Source: Shigella phage MK-13. From it: 64,000 bases of DNA. Shown one piece after another: positions 8,731-17,344 of the stretch (position 1 is its first letter; each line of letters starts with the position of its first letter). The stretch lies in sequence record MK509462; one strand, 5' to 3'. The notes beneath the pieces are model-generated. The model was not told where the DNA came from. It saw nothing but the letters and a program-made list of their open reading frames with translations, and searched no databases. Both the position numbers and the translations under genes were made by a program.

Positions 8731-10158
8731 ATGTTACTCGAATCTGTCGTGCTTTCACAGTTGATTTACAATGAAGATTACCAAAGAAAGATCCTGCCGT
8801 ACCTGAAAGCCGATTATTTTGACAACGAAGGCGAAAAGGTCATCTTTGGCCTGATTGACAGTTATGCCTCAGAGTATAATGCCCGCCCGTCTATCGAAGC
8901 ACTGTCTATCATTCTTGAACGGACAAAGCTGAACGAATATGTGTTTGACCAGGCGGTATCTGCCCTGGAGAACATCAACGACAACACCTTCAATGAAGAG
9001 TGGCTGGCGAAGGAAACAGAGACCTGGGCGCGGCAAAAGGCTGTACATAACGCAATCAAGACCGCCGTCAACATCTATGGGGATGAGAAGCGCAAGGACG
9101 AGATGAACAACATCCCGACCCTGTTGCAGGAAGCCCTGGCGATCCGGTTTGATTCATACCTCGGCCACATCTATTGGGAGATGGCGGCAGAGCAGTATGA
9201 CCATATGAACTCCAACGAGGCCAAGATCCCGTTCGCGGTTGAGATCTTCAACAAGGCGACGCGCGGCGGCGTTGGTAAGAAGACACTGAACATCGTAACA
9301 GGCGCGATCAACGCAGGTAAGACCACAACGCTGATTGACCTGACCGCAGGGTACTCGGAGCAGGGGCTGAACGTCTTTGTATTCACCCTCGAAGTGGCCG
9401 AGAACGTCTGGCGACACCGTCTTGATGCCCGTATCATGCGTCGCGACTTTGAGTCTTTAGAGAAACTCACAAGGCACGAGTACATCGCCACGATAGAGAA
9501 GCTCCGCAGTCGCCAAGATGGTGCACCCAAGGGTGATATCGTCATCAAGGAATATCCGTCCGGCGCTGGGCACACAGGTTTATTCCGCCGCGACATCCTT
9601 GAGTATATCCAGGCGACAGGTCGCGCTCCTGATGTTATCGTTATTGACTATCTTGGTGAAGCTGCTTCCTCGCGCCTGCCTGCCCACCTGATGCAGAACA
9701 CGAACGTCTATTACACGTCTGTGGCTCGTGAGTTTCGTGCGCTGGGATTTGAGTTTGATGTTCCTGTTTGGACTGGTATGCAGTTCAACCGTGAGAATCA
9801 GAATAGCACGGATGGTGGAATCAGTGACCTGGCAGATGCTATCGGTATCCCGAAGGTGGCCGACTTCATCATGGCATTCTATGCTCCTGACGAACTGGCG
9901 GCGGTCAAGAAAGCCCGAGCCTCAATACTCAAGAACCGTTATGCCAACAAGCAAAAGCTGAAGTCATTCCTGTTTGGTATGGACCAAGACAAACAGATCC
10001 TGTTTGACCTGGACTGGAATGAAGTTAAGAAGGACCTGACTGAGGCTGAGGCCAAATATGTTGAGAATGTACACATCAAACATGACCTCAACAAGTCAGG
10101 TTCGGCGGCGAGCGATGAGCAGAAAGCCCAAACAGTCAATAATTGGAATTTCGGCTAA
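8731..10158 (+). CDS. Replicative DNA helicase (T4 gp41-like, DnaB family)
   Basis: Walker A GAINAGKTT; FDSYLGHIYWEMAAEQYDHMNSNEAKIPF closely parallels T4 gp41; ATG 8731 after a GG-rich RBS (track start 8725 is TTG). Confidence 0.85.
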   Translation: MLLESVVLSQLIYNEDYQRKILPYLKADYFDNEGEKVIFGLIDSYASEYNARPSIEALSIILERTKLNEYVFDQAVSALENINDNTFNEEWLAKETETWARQKAVHNAIKTAVNIYGDEKRKDEMNNIPTLLQEALAIRFDSYLGHIYWEMAAEQYDHMNSNEAKIPFAVEIFNKATRGGVGKKTLNIVTGAINAGKTTTLIDLTAGYSEQGLNVFVFTLEVAENVWRHRLDARIMRRDFESLEKLTRHEYIATIEKLRSRQDGAPKGDIVIKEYPSGAGHTGLFRRDILEYIQATGRAPDVIVIDYLGEAASSRLPAHLMQNTNVYYTSVAREFRALGFEFDVPVWTGMQFNRENQNSTDGGISDLADAIGIPKVADFIMAFYAPDELAAVKKARASILKNRYANKQKLKSFLFGMDQDKQILFDLDWNEVKKDLTEAEAKYVENVHIKHDLNKSGSAASDEQKAQTVNNWNFG

Positions 10159-10220
10159 ATTCAATATCGTGGGTCATAGGGTATAATTCTATGATCTGAA
10201 TGTTAAACCAGGAGCACATC

Positions 10221-10556
10221 ATGTTACACAATGATTTTATGGCTGGCCTGGTGCAGGCCACCAAACAGGTGTGCCACACCAAACAAGCGATTGAGCTGAG
10301 TCCGGAGCAGACTCTGGAGTTCTTTGACAATCGTAAAATCTGGGAGGAATATGGCATCGGCATGATCTGCCAAGAGGGTGAACTCGTACAGCTGGATCTG
10401 CCGTCATTCCCCCTTCCAGTGCGCACCAACACAGTGGAATGGTATACGACGGAAGACGGTGTAGAGATCATCCCGAAGTTCCAATATCACTCCATCGTAA
10501 ACTTCTTTTTACGCCGCCGTGGGGCTAATCTGATCCCACAAGGCATGAGATCTTAA
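10221..10556 (+). CDS. Hypothetical protein
   Basis: ORF 10200..10556, start at ATG 10221 after AGGAG. Confidence 0.4.
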   Translation: MLHNDFMAGLVQATKQVCHTKQAIELSPEQTLEFFDNRKIWEEYGIGMICQEGELVQLDLPSFPLPVRTNTVEWYTTEDGVEIIPKFQYHSIVNFFLRRRGANLIPQGMRS

Positions 10557-10571
10557 CAAGAGGAACAACAA

Positions 10572-10892
10572 ATGTCTGTAGAACAAATCGGCTTTTATGC
10601 ACTACCGTCCGATCCCGAGTCTCGCCGCAAGCTGATGGGCGCGATTGAAAACTGCCGCGCCGCCCAGGTACGCATCAAATCGGAACAGACTTTCATTACT
10701 GAGACTCTGGCCGAGCTGGCGAAAGACACGGGCATTAAGGCCAGCGACCTGCGTAAGGTTGTGTCTGACCGCGCGAACGGCACCTACCAGAAAACGATCG
10801 AAACGAGCGAGAAGTATCAGGATCTTTATGAATCCTTGTTCCCGAACGCCAAGCCGGATCGCGACCCAAACGTTGATTCTGCTGAAGAATAA
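10572..10892 (+). CDS. Hypothetical protein
   Basis: 106 aa ORF with RBS (AGAGGAA) upstream. Confidence 0.45.
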   Translation: MSVEQIGFYALPSDPESRRKLMGAIENCRAAQVRIKSEQTFITETLAELAKDTGIKASDLRKVVSDRANGTYQKTIETSEKYQDLYESLFPNAKPDRDPNVDSAEE

Positions 10893-10912
10893 ACGGACCG
10901 AACACCAAGAAG

Positions 10913-10940
10913 CCCAGTCAAGTACTGGGCTTTTTAATTT
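10913..10940 (+). terminator. Rho-independent terminator (gcccagt-caagt-actgggc + TTTTTAATTT)
   Basis: 7-bp GC stem followed by T-run, 20 nt after the 10892 stop. Confidence 0.55.
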
Positions 10941-10948
10941 CAATAACT

Positions 10949-10977
10949 TTACTTTCAAGAATAAAGCGCCTAATATT
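10949..10977 (+). promoter_or_regulatory. Sigma70-like early promoter (-35 TTTACT, 17-nt spacer, -10 TAATAT)
   Basis: aactTTTACTttcaagaataaagcgccTAATATtt about 30 nt upstream of ATG 11008; approximate coordinates. Confidence 0.4.
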
Positions 10978-11007
10978 TAATCTCTATTGAAGAGTTGTTA
11001 CTAAATC

Positions 11008-12213
11008 ATGAGGCTGGAAATGAACGCCAAAACATTCAACATTCCGATCGACAATGAAGAACTGGTCGTTGAGCGACTGAAGAAGCTCGAGCGCACTGCC
11101 GAAAGGCTGGGTGTCCCGTTCCCGACTGTGACTTATGGTGAACCCTTCAAGACCCACACCCGCGACATCACTGGTGAGATTCTCACTCACTGGTGGAAAC
11201 CCGTCGCCCTCGAAGGAGAAGGCATTGACCGCCCGGTTTCTTACGGCGGATGGAAGATTATCGGTCAGTTCAATCACGAATACCCAAAGGTCATCCTGAA
11301 CAAACTGTCTGACAACATCAATGCCGACTTCATCCGCCGCTTCGAGGGAGAGAACGTCTCTTGGTGCCAGCACTGCAATCTGCTCATCAATCGCAAGAAC
11401 ACATATGTGATTGAGAATGAGCAGACCCACACCCAGATGCTGATTGGTAGCACCTGCATGCATCACTACGTACCGCATCAGAAATCGCTTGATGCGATTA
11501 TGTCTTATTATCTGGGCATCACCGAATTCTTCATGCCGGATGAAGACGACCCAGAGGGGATCTATCGCGTCCGGAATGAACGCTTCGCGGACACCCACGG
11601 TTATTTGCGTGCATGCTTCCAGGTGCTGCTGGCTGGAGTGGACATCAAATCAGAACTGTTTGACCAGGTGCTGGGCTACCTGCGTGCTGGGCAGAAGCCA
11701 AAGGCGGGTTCTGATGCCGAGATGTTTCTGATTAAGGCTCGTGAATATCGCGAAGACGCCGAGTCAGAAATGTACCACATGAAGCTCTTCATCAGCGCGC
11801 TGTCTGAATCCAACGAATTCAATGTTCGCTTGAAACGCATGTGTGAACCTGGCTATCACCTCATCAAGGACAATAACACAGTCCGTTGGGGTGCCAAGAA
11901 GTATTACGATTACATCCATCGTCCTCGCACCGACCGCAAGACGGAGAACAAGTGGGTAGCAGAAGTCGGTGAAATGCTGGAAGTCCGCGTCACGTTTGAC
12001 AAGCGTACCTTCCTCTTCTCTAATGAATACGGCGACAGCTACCTGTTCACTTTCAAAACAGCAGAAGGTAATACAATTACCTGGAAGACCTCGTACATGG
12101 ATACCGAGTTCCTGCAGGGCGACATGATCATCCGTGGTCGTGTCAAAGAACTGACCGAGTATAATGGCGTTAAACAAACTCAGGTCACCAGAGCCAAATT
12201 GAGGAAGTTATGA
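11008..12213 (+). CDS. Hypothetical protein with a putative zinc-binding Cys/His cluster
   Basis: 401 aa; WCQHCN...STCMHH cluster; no Toprim or other recognisable catalytic motif, so not called primase. Confidence 0.5.
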   Translation: MRLEMNAKTFNIPIDNEELVVERLKKLERTAERLGVPFPTVTYGEPFKTHTRDITGEILTHWWKPVALEGEGIDRPVSYGGWKIIGQFNHEYPKVILNKLSDNINADFIRRFEGENVSWCQHCNLLINRKNTYVIENEQTHTQMLIGSTCMHHYVPHQKSLDAIMSYYLGITEFFMPDEDDPEGIYRVRNERFADTHGYLRACFQVLLAGVDIKSELFDQVLGYLRAGQKPKAGSDAEMFLIKAREYREDAESEMYHMKLFISALSESNEFNVRLKRMCEPGYHLIKDNNTVRWGAKKYYDYIHRPRTDRKTENKWVAEVGEMLEVRVTFDKRTFLFSNEYGDSYLFTFKTAEGNTITWKTSYMDTEFLQGDMIIRGRVKELTEYNGVKQTQVTRAKLRKL

Positions 12214-12326
12214 ATTTGATTGAGTTTGTTCTGAAGTCGTTCGCCTTTGGTCTGATAGCATGCGGGGTGATTACAGCTATGCTTGTCATCATAGCTCTGA
12301 TCATCCCCTTTAAGAGGAAACGTTGA
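12210..12326 (+). CDS. Small hydrophobic protein (about 38 aa, one predicted TM helix)
   Basis: ATGA overlap with the upstream stop; translation MNLIEFVLKSFAFGLIACGVITAMLVIIALIIPFKRKR; below the ORF-track size cutoff. Confidence 0.3.
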   Translation: MNLIEFVLKSFAFGLIACGVITAMLVIIALIIPFKRKR

Positions 12327-12538
12327 TGGAATGTTCATGCGGAGGGCAGGGTACAAGTGCTTACCTGCCATTCACCACCGTGAAGGAAGCCGAAGCCGCC
12401 GGATTTGCCGTGGACAAGGCTCCCTGTGTAATCGCCACGAAGGATTGCCCGTGCTGTAAGAGGCACTCTCAGGACGTCTTCTACGCCCCTGATGCGCGCC
12501 CGGCTACGGTCAACCTCCTTTCACTGATGAGGAAGTGA
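12323..12538 (+). CDS. Small Cys-rich protein
   Basis: 71 aa with CSCGG...CPCC cysteine pattern; TTG/ATG start. Confidence 0.35.
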   Translation: MMECSCGGQGTSAYLPFTTVKEAEAAGFAVDKAPCVIATKDCPCCKRHSQDVFYAPDARPATVNLLSLMRK

Positions 12539-12539
12539 C

Positions 12540-12890
12540 ATGATCAAGTTTATCAACTGGTTGTTCTGTATACCACCACTGAGCGCCGAAATCCGTTGTC
12601 TAATCGATGCCATTGACGCCGATGACGTTGAATGGAACGGAGAGCGACTGGTTGGGATCGATGCTGTGATCTATAACGGTGTCAAAGTGTATGCTTACAC
12701 GGTCAACAGCTGTTCAGGCTACACAGTCGATATTGGTTATCACACAGATTGCCTGCCTCACCATGAAGCCAAGGCTGTGTACAGAGCCCTCGTCCGACAT
12801 CATAAGCGCCGGATTGATCGCACAGAGGCTCAGAAAGAGCTGAAACACCGTGAAGAAGTCCGCAAGGCTCTGGGATTTCATAACAAATAA
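12540..12890 (+). CDS. Hypothetical protein
   Basis: 116 aa ORF immediately following the upstream stop. Confidence 0.45.
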   Translation: MIKFINWLFCIPPLSAEIRCLIDAIDADDVEWNGERLVGIDAVIYNGVKVYAYTVNSCSGYTVDIGYHTDCLPHHEAKAVYRALVRHHKRRIDRTEAQKELKHREEVRKALGFHNK

Positions 12891-12950
12891 TTCATTAAAC
12901 GATTCACCCCATATAATACATGGGAACTTACACAAACGAGGACCACACTA

Positions 12951-13559
12951 ATGTCACTGAAAAACTTTCTGAAACGCATCTTCACCACTGTTGAAGCCAA
13001 CGTCACCACGGGTCTGGATAAACTGACCGGCACCGAAAAGCGCCTGAACCTGGCCGCTCGCAAGCTGTCTGATGAAATCCGCCGCCTGGAAGAAGCCCGT
13101 GTCGCCAACGTTCGCAACGGCGTCAAGCTGAAGAAGACCGCAGAACAGAACCTGGGTGAAGCTGCCAAGCGCGAAGAAGTCCTGAAGGACGCCATCGCTC
13201 GCGGTGTCACGCCAACCCGCGCCGACGCCCTGATTGTCCTGCATCGCCGTCGTATTGGCGAAGCCCTGTTGGCTCAGGTGAAGGACATCGAAGCAAGCAG
13301 CGACAAACTGAACGGTGCGATCATTCAGCTGGGTGACAAACTGGACGAAGTGAAGTCCAACCTCGAGCTGGTTCGTGTTCAAAAAGAGACGAACGACCTG
13401 GGTCTGGTGCTCCCTGAAGATATCGATTATGCCGCTGGCATGACCACCATCGATATCGATGCCATCCTGCGCGAAACCGAAATCGCTGATTCGAGCTACT
13501 CAGCTAACAGCCCGTCGTCTATCGAAGCTGACAACTACCTCGCCAGCCTGAGCAAATAA
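12951..13559 (+). CDS. PspA/IM30-like coiled-coil protein (candidate membrane-stress or remodelling protein)
   Basis: N-terminal amphipathic FLKRIFTTVEANV resembles the PspA N-terminus (FSRFADIVNANI); rest is heptad-rich coiled coil; inference only. Confidence 0.4.
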   Translation: MSLKNFLKRIFTTVEANVTTGLDKLTGTEKRLNLAARKLSDEIRRLEEARVANVRNGVKLKKTAEQNLGEAAKREEVLKDAIARGVTPTRADALIVLHRRRIGEALLAQVKDIEASSDKLNGAIIQLGDKLDEVKSNLELVRVQKETNDLGLVLPEDIDYAAGMTTIDIDAILRETEIADSSYSANSPSSIEADNYLASLSK

Positions 13560-13601
13560 CATCGGAGGGGCTTATGCCCCTCTATCACTTCGGGGGATCT
13601 T

Positions 13602-14135
13602 ATGATCAATCTTGATTCTTTCGGCATACTCACTGGTGTTGCTGCTTTCGTTCTTTTGTGTATTGGCAGTGCCTGGCTGAGAGGTCGACTGGAGAAACGG
13701 GAAGTCTTGAAGCGAGATCGTGTTGACATCCACAAAATAATGCTGGATAGAACTTGCAAACATGGTCCCAGCGGTGACTTCCGTTTGTATTATTTGTCGG
13801 ATGAAGTCACCCCTTCGGAATTCTTCAATTATGCGATGACTGGGCTGCATTGGCCGGAGATAAATGGCGTTGTTCAGAAAAACGATTACGTGTGCGCGAA
13901 TATGTTCTATCTGAACAAGCATGGGGAACGTGACGATCTGCGGATGTGGTTCTTTGGAAGAGAGGAACAAAGAGGGTTCGTAAAAGAACTTGCTCTCTTG
14001 CTTAACACGTACGAAAAGGCTGGTTGCCCGCCACTAGAGGTGGAAGAATCAGTAGAATCCATCGTGGCTCGCGCCCGTGGTGAAACCGTGGATCTACTGA
14101 ACAAATACGGCTTTGTCTGGGCGGAGGGTTCGTGA
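13602..14135 (+). CDS. Membrane-anchored protein (N-terminal TM helix)
   Basis: 177 aa; hydrophobic N-terminus ILTGVAAFVLLCIGSAWL. Confidence 0.45.
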   Translation: MINLDSFGILTGVAAFVLLCIGSAWLRGRLEKREVLKRDRVDIHKIMLDRTCKHGPSGDFRLYYLSDEVTPSEFFNYAMTGLHWPEINGVVQKNDYVCANMFYLNKHGERDDLRMWFFGREEQRGFVKELALLLNTYEKAGCPPLEVEESVESIVARARGETVDLLNKYGFVWAEGS

Positions 14136-14326
14136 TGGATACAGAAACATTTGCGGTCATCATCAGCATAACAATCGCTCTGGCATCCATTGGTATGCTT
14201 GGGCATTTTGAATCCTTGGTAGGCGCGTTTAGGGAGTTCTTGCAAAAACGCAAGCGTGCTAGAGAATTGGACCGACTTCCACATACTGACCTCATCGTGC
14301 ATAATGCCAGGAGGAGGCGCAAATGA
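14132..14326 (+). CDS. Small membrane protein
   Basis: 64 aa, hydrophobic segment AVIISITIALASIGMLG; ATGA overlap. Confidence 0.35.
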   Translation: MMDTETFAVIISITIALASIGMLGHFESLVGAFREFLQKRKRARELDRLPHTDLIVHNARRRRK

Positions 14327-14514
14327 AGTTCATTGAGACGGTAATGTCGGTTGTTATGACAGTCGGGGCATTGTTTGGCATAGCGTTGCTGTTCTTATGG
14401 TTCTTCTACATCGGTGTACGGTACTTAGAACACAAGAAACGCCGTACTAAGAAAGGGCGTCCAAAGAACGTCGACATCATTATCAGCCAAGCAAGATCCC
14501 GCACCCGCCAATAA
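14323..14514 (+). CDS. Small membrane protein with basic C-terminus
   Basis: 63 aa; TM-like VMSVVMTVGALFGIALLFLWFFYIGV followed by a KR-rich tail; ATGA overlap. Confidence 0.4.
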   Translation: MKFIETVMSVVMTVGALFGIALLFLWFFYIGVRYLEHKKRRTKKGRPKNVDIIISQARSRTRQ

Positions 14515-14525
14515 TCTATTGAAGT

Positions 14526-14560
14526 CCCCAGGGTTATAATAGCAGCACATATAACCCTGG
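14526..14560 (+). other. Intergenic hairpin (cagggttata...tataaccctg) carrying TATAAT in its 5' arm, directly upstream of the ligase RBS
   Basis: 10-bp inverted repeat; shares the 12-mer tataatagcagc with the hairpin at 3941. Confidence 0.4.
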
Positions 14561-14569
14561 AGACACCAC

Positions 14570-15994
14570 ATGATCCCTATCCTCGAAACAGTTCACCGAC
14601 TTCGCGAGACCAAAGGTAGCAATGCGAAGAAAGCTGTACTGACCGAAGCATTCAAGAACAATCCTGACTTGGCAGACTTCCTGCAATATGTCTATGACCC
14701 AATGACGTCTTTCTATCGTACCGAGTTGAAGCTCAGCGCGTACCCTCGCATGCTCGTGCGTGAAAAGACTGACGACATCAGCGAAGTCTATGACGTCCTC
14801 GATCAGATGGCGCAGCGTCTTGTCGGCGGTCAAAAGGCTGATGCCCTGCTGGCCTCTGTTGCTCTGAAGATGGACCCACAGTACCACGAACTCATCCAGA
14901 TGATCCTGGACCGTGATATCAAGGCGGGTATCGCCGAGAAGGGTATTAACGCCGCATTCAACGCTGCTGGGGGTACAGGTCGCCTGATCAACATTCTTCC
15001 GTATCATCGTTATGACAACATGACGATTGACCTGCTGAAGAAGATGGACTTCAAGCGCGGTGTCTACAGCCAGCTGAAGTCAGACGGTATGTTCGCCAAC
15101 ATCATCTGTCGATACAATAAAGAGCCTGAGATTCGCTCGCGCTCCGGTTCCCTTATCGCAGGCGGTTCGGTCGACAATCTGTCGCTGGTATTCAAAGATC
15201 TGATCTACGATGCGGGGATTGGTGAGAGTGTGTTCCATGGTGAACTTCTCGTTGTTGACCTCAAGTCGAATGCTATCCTACCTCGTGCTGTCGGCAACGG
15301 CAAACTCAACAGTGTGATTCAGACGGGTGAACCTCTGGAAGATCGTTATCAGGTGATCTACCGGGTGTGGGACGTCGTTCCTTACGAACAATGGTTCAAT
15401 GCCGAGCGCGTGGGCACCCCGTATGAGCGCCGCTTCGATATCATCCAGCAGTTGTTTGACGAAGACGATGGTCTGGTGCAGGTGCAGGAAACTCGTGTTG
15501 TTCACTCATTTGCCGAAGCTGTCGACCACTTCAAAGACGCGCTGGCTCGTAAAGAAGAAGGCACGATCTGTAAGGCCGCCGACATGCCGTGGGAAGATGG
15601 GACTTCCTCTGAAGGTCTGAAGCTGAAAATGGAAGTGGAGTGTGACCTTGAAATTGTTGGTTTCAACGAAGCCGACAAGAAGGGCAAACACGCCAAGACC
15701 TTTGGCTCCCTGCTGTGTAAGACTTCCGATGGCTTGCTTGTTGTTGGCGTCTCAGGGATCTCGGATGAGCTGAGGCTCCGGATGTGGGAGAACCAGGGCG
15801 ACTACATTGGCAAGATTGCCGCAGTGCTCTCCAATGGCGTACAGGATAAGACAGATGATGCGCTGAAGTCATTGTTCCTGCCACGCCTTGCGGAAATCCG
15901 TATTGACAAGAAAGTGGCCAACACGCTGGATGAAGTCTATGCGATTCAAAAAGCGTACATCGAAAACATCGTGTTCCTGTTGGAGTCTGCATAA
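14570..15994 (+). CDS. ATP-dependent DNA ligase (T4 gp30-like)
   Basis: 474 aa; adenylation motif I SQLKSDGMFA (T4 AQLKADGARC) with collinear flanking similarity. Confidence 0.8.
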   Translation: MIPILETVHRLRETKGSNAKKAVLTEAFKNNPDLADFLQYVYDPMTSFYRTELKLSAYPRMLVREKTDDISEVYDVLDQMAQRLVGGQKADALLASVALKMDPQYHELIQMILDRDIKAGIAEKGINAAFNAAGGTGRLINILPYHRYDNMTIDLLKKMDFKRGVYSQLKSDGMFANIICRYNKEPEIRSRSGSLIAGGSVDNLSLVFKDLIYDAGIGESVFHGELLVVDLKSNAILPRAVGNGKLNSVIQTGEPLEDRYQVIYRVWDVVPYEQWFNAERVGTPYERRFDIIQQLFDEDDGLVQVQETRVVHSFAEAVDHFKDALARKEEGTICKAADMPWEDGTSSEGLKLKMEVECDLEIVGFNEADKKGKHAKTFGSLLCKTSDGLLVVGVSGISDELRLRMWENQGDYIGKIAAVLSNGVQDKTDDALKSLFLPRLAEIRIDKKVANTLDEVYAIQKAYIENIVFLLESA

Positions 15995-16209
15995 TGAAAG
16001 TGTATTTGCTGCAGTATCATGATGGGTGTGACGGTCTACAGGTTCAATCCGTGTCCGGGACGCCAGAGGACGCCCAAAACTCCTTTCTTGAGAAAGCAGA
16101 GGCCTGGGGATTTACCCCAAAAGTGGCGACCCAGCATTTCAGTATTGAGATCTGGGACACAGAGACGGGTTGTTATGTTGATGACCTGAAAATCGAACTG
16201 AAGGGGTGA
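15994..16209 (+). CDS. Hypothetical small protein
   Basis: 71 aa ORF, start overlaps the ligase stop. Confidence 0.35.
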   Translation: MKVYLLQYHDGCDGLQVQSVSGTPEDAQNSFLEKAEAWGFTPKVATQHFSIEIWDTETGCYVDDLKIELKG

Positions 16210-16213
16210 TCTG

Positions 16214-16471
16214 ATGGACGAGCTATTCGCATTGGTGTGTACATTAACGTTCTTGCTGTCCTTGGTTGTCAGCTCGCTTGTGATGGTGCTGGTGTGGATA
16301 GCTATTCCCGACATCAAGAATCACAGGGTTCTCATCGCCGTGATGATCCTCGGCCTGAGCGCTTCCCTTACTCTTCACTATTCCAAACAGGAGTATAATC
16401 CTGACAAACATTACAAGACATTAGCGGACAGATACCATGAGTTTAAGAATGAAAGAGCTTCCGGTAAATGA
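16214..16471 (+). CDS. Small membrane protein
   Basis: 85 aa with two hydrophobic helices. Confidence 0.35.
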   Translation: MDELFALVCTLTFLLSLVVSSLVMVLVWIAIPDIKNHRVLIAVMILGLSASLTLHYSKQEYNPDKHYKTLADRYHEFKNERASGK

Positions 16472-16691
16472 CAAGAAGTACATGTACAAGGTTCTGCTGA
16501 GCCTGGGTGTGTCACAATCTGGGCTGGCTCGTTTATTGGATTGTTCTAATGTTGTGAACCACTGGGCGAAGGGTTATCGTGTTGTCCCCCGCTCCTTCCG
16601 TCGCTTCATCCTGGTGTTACAGTTCATCAAGAAGAAAGGGCTGATGGAAGAGTTGTTGCAATTTGTCAAAGAAGAGGAACGCAAATGCTGA
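16437..16691 (+). CDS. Small protein with helix-turn-helix-like segment
   Basis: 84 aa; LSLGVSQSGLARLLDCSNVVNHWAKG resembles an XRE/Cro-type HTH. Confidence 0.35.
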   Translation: MSLRMKELPVNDKKYMYKVLLSLGVSQSGLARLLDCSNVVNHWAKGYRVVPRSFRRFILVLQFIKKKGLMEELLQFVKEEERKC

Positions 16692-17344
16692 CAGAGTGGC
16701 AGAAGATGGAATATGAACGGGCGTTCAACGTGTATTGTGTCTTCATGGCGATTAAGTTGCACTTCACCACCAAGGACTTCGACTACAGTTTGTATGGACC
16801 GATGAACTACAAGTTCGAAACCTTCTTGGCGAAGGAAGCCGTGTGCAAACAGTTTGCTCGTCTGGCTCGTCGGTTCGAAACATCCCAGGGTGAAGTGGTA
16901 GAGAACTACATCATCGCCAACTTCATCAAATCACCGAAGACCTGGGTGACAACATTGCTTACCCGCCAGGCGCAATCGAATTATGATGAATATCGCAAGC
17001 TGTACGACAACTTCACATACAACTTCCTTGAGGAGTTCGAGAGGGAGATGATCCCGGCCATCAAAGAGCGCAACCTGTCGTTCATTGATTATGTGAAGGG
17101 TACAGGCCAGGGGCACCCGGCGCTGCTGACAGACATCATCACCAAGCGGTTCCCGATGTGGTTCCTGGTTGGTCTGAACAAGATAGTGGGGTTCATCCAC
17201 CTGTATGACACCCAGCTGCGGGAGGACATCTACTGGAACTCTGAGGCTTTCCTGCTCAGGAAGACGAATGCTGTAGTTCCGGATGAGGATACAACGTACT
17301 CGAAAGTGAGACTCCGTGAGCTAATCCAAGCCCACGGAATCTGA
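16685..17344 (+). CDS. Hypothetical protein
   Basis: 219 aa ORF. Confidence 0.45.
   Translation: MLTEWQKMEYERAFNVYCVFMAIKLHFTTKDFDYSLYGPMNYKFETFLAKEAVCKQFARLARRFETSQGEVVENYIIANFIKSPKTWVTTLLTRQAQSNYDEYRKLYDNFTYNFLEEFEREMIPAIKERNLSFIDYVKGTGQGHPALLTDIITKRFPMWFLVGLNKIVGFIHLYDTQLREDIYWNSEAFLLRKTNAVVPDEDTTYSKVRLRELIQAHGI

Noticed and set aside
11008-12213. DNA primase (gp61-like) for the 401-aa protein downstream of the helicase
   Set aside because: Cys/His cluster is internal rather than N-terminal and no Toprim acidic motifs were recognisable
12954-13382. Minus-strand ORF opposite the PspA-like gene
   Set aside because: Antisense to a gene with good RBS context; Gln/Val-rich low-complexity translation
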